Position numbers and translations under genes: made by a program. A model generated the notes under the pieces. The model had not been told where the DNA came from. It worked only from the letters and a program-made list of their open reading frames with translations, and ran no database searches. Shown here piece after piece: positions 43,963 to 44,554 of a stretch of 44,554 bases of DNA. The DNA is from Myxococcales bacterium (lineage in GTDB: Bacteria; Myxococcota_A; Polyangia; Polyangiales; Houyiibacteriaceae). The stretch spans positions 2,848,184 to 2,892,737 of the forward strand of contig CP070713.1 in the NCBI GenBank assembly GCA_020351445.1, in the 5' to 3' direction. Position 1 is the stretch's first letter. Every line of letters begins with the position of its first letter.

Positions 43963-44554
43963 GTGTCCCGACGCCAGCAAACGTTGAATTGGCTTGCCAA
44001 ACTCGTGACCGAGCGCCGGAAGCGCGTGGTTTGGGTCTCGGTTCTGGTGACGCTCGCGTTCGCGACGCAGATCCCCAAATTGACCGCCGATCCGGCCCCG
44101 GAAAGCCTTCTTTCCTCGTTCGAGGGCGACGAGTACGCGCTGATCCAGCAGCGCTTCGAACAGTGGTTTGGCAAGCGGCGCGAGGCCGTTCTCATCCTCG
44201 TCGAGGCCAAAGACGTCCTTTCCGAGGAGACGCTTCAGCAGATCCACGATCTGTCGCTCTACTTTGCCGAGAAGCCCTGGGTCGAAAAGGTCGCAAGCCT
44301 CACCACGCTCAATATCCCGCGGCGGGTCAAGGCGACTACCGACGTTGACGACGATCTGGACGGCCTCGAAGAAGTCGGAGGCGACGACGAGGGCGACCTC
44401 GATGATCTCGACGATCTCGACGACCTCGATTCTCTAGACGAAGAGGAGGAGGTGGACCCCCAGGGCGATCTCGAGGACGAGGCCTTCAACGCCCTCCTCG
44501 ACATCATCGAAAGCGATCCCGAGCGGTTCCCTGACGGCATCGCCAAAGTGGGCC
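43963..44554 (+). CDS. MMPL/RND-superfamily transporter, N-terminal part (cut by window edge)
   Basis: This ORF is absent from the track because it runs off the window edge. GTG at 43963 is the only start candidate after the in-frame TAG at 43888-43890. It gives VSRRQQTLNWLAKLVTERRKRVVWVSVLVTLAFATQIPKLTADPAPESLLSSF..., the typical TM1 plus periplasmic-loop opening of MMPL/HpnN-like exporters. The frame is open to base 44554. Confidence 0.65.
   Translation, partial: MSRRQQTLNWLAKLVTERRKRVVWVSVLVTLAFATQIPKLTADPAPESLLSSFEGDEYALIQQRFEQWFGKRREAVLILVEAKDVLSEETLQQIHDLSLYFAEKPWVEKVASLTTLNIPRRVKATTDVDDDLDGLEEVGGDDEGDLDDLDDLDDLDSLDEEEEVDPQGDLEDEAFNALLDIIESDPERFPDGIAKVG
44395..44439 (+). repeat. In-frame 9-nt tandem repeat (GAYCTCGAY x4-5) encoding (DLD)n within an acidic loop
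   Basis: The DNA gacctcgat gatctcgac gatctcgac gacctcgat tctctagac was read directly. It encodes DLDDLDDLDDLDSLD, embedded in a longer Asp/Glu-rich stretch (~44335-44480). Confidence 0.7.

Overview
This is a gene-dense, very G+C-rich chromosomal window. I call 30 protein-coding genes, two of them cut by the window edges. I recognised no rRNA, tRNA, CRISPR array, transposase, integrase or phage gene. The protein style (giant Ala/Leu/Arg/Glu-rich TPR proteins, many GTG starts, 4-14 nt start/stop overlaps, long antisense shadow ORFs throughout) suggests a Myxococcota-like or similar high-GC bacterium; that is inference only. Gene order: smc (-, partial) <- UPF0158 <- glpK <- hypothetical <- NAD-epimerase | pspA -> degenerate cyclase/STAND-like protein | pheA <- yajQ <- ScfR/RamB-type regulator | ecm -> meaB -> ccr -> mcd (ethylmalonyl-CoA pathway core) -> GT-C glycosyltransferase -> sulfatase-fold transferase | LtaS-like transferase (-) | DUF938 -> | Ca2+/Na+ antiporter (-) | SDR -> giant TPR protein 1 -> giant TPR protein 2 -> degenerate metallophosphoesterase-fold protein -> nadD -> DUF2520 | ClpA/C-like AAA+ (-) | secreted hypothetical -> holA | rpsT (-) | MMPL/RND-type transporter (+, partial). 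Five things deserve a second look. (1) A translationally coupled module of two paralogous giant TPR/solenoid proteins shares a non-TPR C-terminal module that reads like an M48-type peptidase core without its HExxH. It is followed by a metallophosphoesterase-fold protein with several metal ligands replaced, and all are fused into one operon with nadD. (2) A nested AT-rich ~65-nt palindrome built from terminator-like hairpins sits in frame inside the GT-C glycosyltransferase gene. (3) That palindrome lies exactly at a sharp C-rich to G-rich strand-composition flip. (4) pspA is followed 12 nt later by a cyclase/AAA_16-type protein that appears to have lost both catalytic signatures. (5) An ScfR/RamB-type acyl-CoA regulator lies divergent to a compact ecm-meaB-ccr-mcd cluster. 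All family assignments come from reading motifs by eye; no database search was run.
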